From Podarcis pityusensis (taxonomy: Eukaryota), in assembly GCA_964106645.2 (NCBI GenBank), contig OZ067050.1: DNA of 64,000 nt; one strand, written 5' to 3'. Below the pieces are notes generated by a model. It saw only the letters and a program-made list of their open reading frames with translations. It was not told the DNA's origin and ran no database searches. The position numbers and the translations under genes were made by a program. Shown piece after piece: positions 60,851 to 64,000 of the stretch; within the stretch, counting starts at the first letter, position 1; each line of letters starts with the position of its first letter.

Positions 60851-63800
60851 GGAGACTCTTAAACTTCTGTACTCCACAGACACACACAAATGTGAGTTTT
60901 CCCTCCCTCCTTTCCTCTTTCTCTCCCTTCCCTTCCTCTTCCAACTTGAATAAAATATTGGAACGAGGGGGGCAGGTAAGACCCACCTCACATAACTGAT
61001 CACAAGACAAAGTGCACGCAACTATTTGAATGGTAATGCCTATCAACATGGGGGGAGGGACGACTCCCTCAAATATTTTATTGGGGGGGGGGGCGAAGGC
61101 ACCTAGGCTTCTAGGAGTTGGCTGCTATGCCCAGGACAGTTCAGGAAAGCAAAATGATGCCTACATAAAACTATAGCAAACAGGGGGAAAAATGCACATT
61201 TTTTAAAAATCCCTTTTTAATGCCTGAGAGAATTCAAATAATGTCTTTGCCCGGGACTGAAAGAGTACAGGTGTTGGTTCCAGGTGGGTCTCTCTAGGGA
61301 AGGAATGTCGCCACTGGGAAGCCATCCCTTAGAGAAGTTTCTCCCTCCTTTTGTTGAGGCTGCACCTTAGGCGGGTTGCTGTGCGAGTAGGTGCTCCTTC
61401 TGGTACTTTGGTCCTAAGCCCTTCCTACCAGAGAGCACTCAGCCGATCAGCAAATGGCTTATATCACCATAAAATCTGTTCACCTTTAATGTGCTGTCAG
61501 ACTCTTGGATAGGAGTTTTCACGCAGAAGCTGGAGGGTCACTTCTCAGGGATGCAGTAGCAGCAGATTTCCCTGCACAAGGGGCTGGACTATGTGTCCTT
61601 TCCACTGTTGGGCCTATGATTTTGCTGCAACAGGGGTTGCCAGCCCTCTGGATCTTTGCAATTGTAGTCATATTCTTGTATACCTGCTAAACTGGGAGGA
61701 TACTTGCCCTCTCCTTTCCGTTTGTCTCCTTCCCCGTAGCAGGGGTTGGGAACCTGCCAGCTTCCGGATGCCACTGGACTACAACTCCTATTATCCCTGT
61801 CCATTGCCCAAGCTGGCTGGGGCTGATACGAGTCAAGAGTCCAACCACCTCCCTACCCTGAAGAGCTGCCTTTCTCAACCACAGGTGAGGGGCTACAGTT
61901 AAGAAGAGAGTGCCTTTGGCCACATGCAGAATTCAGAGGGCGCTCTGAGCCAGGGCTTAATTCTGAACCTGTTTCAAATGCCCAACCTTATATGCTGAAG
62001 AGTGACCCCATTACACTACCTTTGTGTACAGGATTTAGTCAAAGGAGAGTCCCCAATTTTTTACATTAATTGGTTCAGAAGGCAAAATTGAGGTGAAAAT
62101 TGGCAATGAGGTGGACCCAAACAGATTAATAAGCCCAAAAAGAATCAGTGTTTAGCTTGAGATATGGCCACCGTAGCTATTTTTTATTGTTGGGATTCAG
62201 CCCCAGATAATGCATATGAAAGTATGTCTGGACGCGAACAAATTCCTTTCTTTTGCTGCAACCTTTTGTTTTGTTGTCTTGATTATTTACTTGTGTTTTA
62301 TCTTGTATTTTATTCTGTGAACCACCCTGAGATCTTTTGATGAAGGGCAGCATATACTTTAATAAACAATATTAATCATAATAATTCCTGGCCCTTTAAT
62401 GAAGCTGAGATTTGTGCAGCAGCTGTTCGAGGATCAAAGGAGTGGCTTTCAAGTAGTATTGAACTCCAGCTCCTTGCTTGTTAAAATGATCAACTTCTTA
62501 ATTAGCAGCATTGAGGATAGTGGAGGTGTTTTGGAGGAAGACAGAGAAGAATTTCAGGTGTCTTGATTGAGATTCACACCTGATTGAATTTCAGGTGTCT
62601 TGATTGAGATTAAGTTGTGTCAGGGCTCGGCTCGGTAATGTGTGGAGATATAAAGAAGAGAATACCTCTGAGCATGTGCAAAGTTTTGCTCGTAATGGGG
62701 GAAGGCAGAGAAAGAGAATAATTCCAGGTGGGGCAATTTAGATTCACCCAGAACTTAATTTGTGTCGGGGCTCAGTCATGCAATGTGTGAAGCAGTAAAG
62801 AACAGAGTACCGCTGAGCACATGCGAAGTGTCCTCCCCTTACTGCTAAACACAAAGAGCCCCTAAAAGGTAGGGGGTTACAAGTTCCAGAGGTCAGGCTG
62901 TGTACAAAATAAGAGCGCCTAACCTTTCCTTTTTTAGAGATGAAGCCCTAACACAACACACAAAAGAATCGCCCAAACAAAGAGATTCATTGCAGCCGGA
63001 GCTGCCAGCTTTCTTTGCCAACACTGCCCCCTGGCTGCCGACCAATGCCAAGCCAGTGAATTTGCCCAAGCAGCGTGGACATAGGGCCAGACAGTGATGG
63101 ATGGATAGAAGCATCTGTTTAATAGATAGGTTATCTGAGATGAGGTTATGCTCCTGGTCTATTGGGGCAGAGTGGCCTATTATGGAGCATCAAAGGTGAT
63201 TAAAGTAGTACTTTCTAAGAGAATGACATTGGCTTAAAAAAAAAAAAAAAACACCTTTGGCAAGTGCTTCTGGTTCAACCCAGGTAGTGATGGAAGAACT
63301 CTTATTGTCCTAGGCAGGTTCCCAGCGGCCAAGGAAATAAGCAGTTAGAAGAGGAACTGTCCCCATCCCACCCCCAAGAGCTGCCTCTGACTGTAGACTT
63401 TAATAAAGGGGTAGGCAAGTACAGGCCTTGAGATCGAATCTGGCTGGAAAAGTCGCCTCAAGTAATTTACTCCTGAGCTCATTTAAACCGCAGCTTTCCT
63501 GCCACTTCACTTTGAAGCCTTGCACACACCTCGAAGCACACTCGGCTTCTTACAGCCCTCACATGCTACAAAAGAAGGCCCAGGTGGGGAGGATCAGAAG
63601 GCTTTTAAAAGAAGGGATTTAAAAGCCCAGACTGCCCTGCCCTGGCTCTCGGGTGAAGCAAACACTGTTGCCCAAGTCCAGAATGTGACCCCAGTCCCTG
63701 GCCAGCTTTTTGTGATGGCTCCTTAGCTACTGTTCCAGAAGGCTATGTGGGAGTGATATGGTTTGAGACCCCCTACCCCTAATTCAAAGGCCCTCATAGC

Positions 63801-64000
63801 CCCCCCTTACCTGAACCTCTCCAGTTCTGTCTCTGTGCCTGGCTGAGGAGGGCGGCCCAGTGGTCCTCAGCTGTGCATGGCCTTGTTTATTCATGCTGTC
63901 TTATCCCAGCAACAGGGAACCTGTGGCCTTCCATTTGCTGTTCAGCTCCCATCAGCTCCAGCCAGCATGGCCAATGTTCAGGCATGATGGGAGCTGTAGT

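Noticed and set aside
61050-64000. HCRT (orexin) gene expected by synteny
   Set aside because: No CCxxxxCSC or NHAAGILT peptide found in any frame I read; probably beyond the right edge.

Overview
Vertebrate genomic DNA from a squamate reptile, probably a lacertid lizard (inferred from Sauria SINEs and the MITE families). The window holds the complete 16-exon coding sequence of KCNH4 (ELK1/Kv12.3 potassium channel) on the minus strand, from ATG 60378 to TGA 12755. All 15 introns are GT-AG and the phases close to 3156 nt (1051 aa + stop). A second CpG-island promoter with a minus-strand non-coding first exon lies at about 4000-4800 and is probably RAB5C by synteny. The introns are full of TA-flanked mariner/Tigger-type MITEs, palindromic and hAT-type MITEs, Sauria/MIR-like/tRNA-Ile SINEs, CR1/L2/L1 fragments and three solo LTRs. 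The best leads are: (1) three diverged solo LTRs that each encode, or once encoded, a small acidic/Pro-Ser protein ending in an HMGN-like RRSxRL motif; (2) an ancient LF-SINE antisense in KCNH4 intron 11, with splice sites for either an in-frame 19-aa cassette exon or a poison exon; (3) an RE1/REST site in intron 1; (4) an out-of-frame uORF overlapping the KCNH4 start codon; (5) two Thr>Asn changes in the conserved PAS-cap helix. Comparisons to known proteins and repeat consensi are from memory, not database searches.
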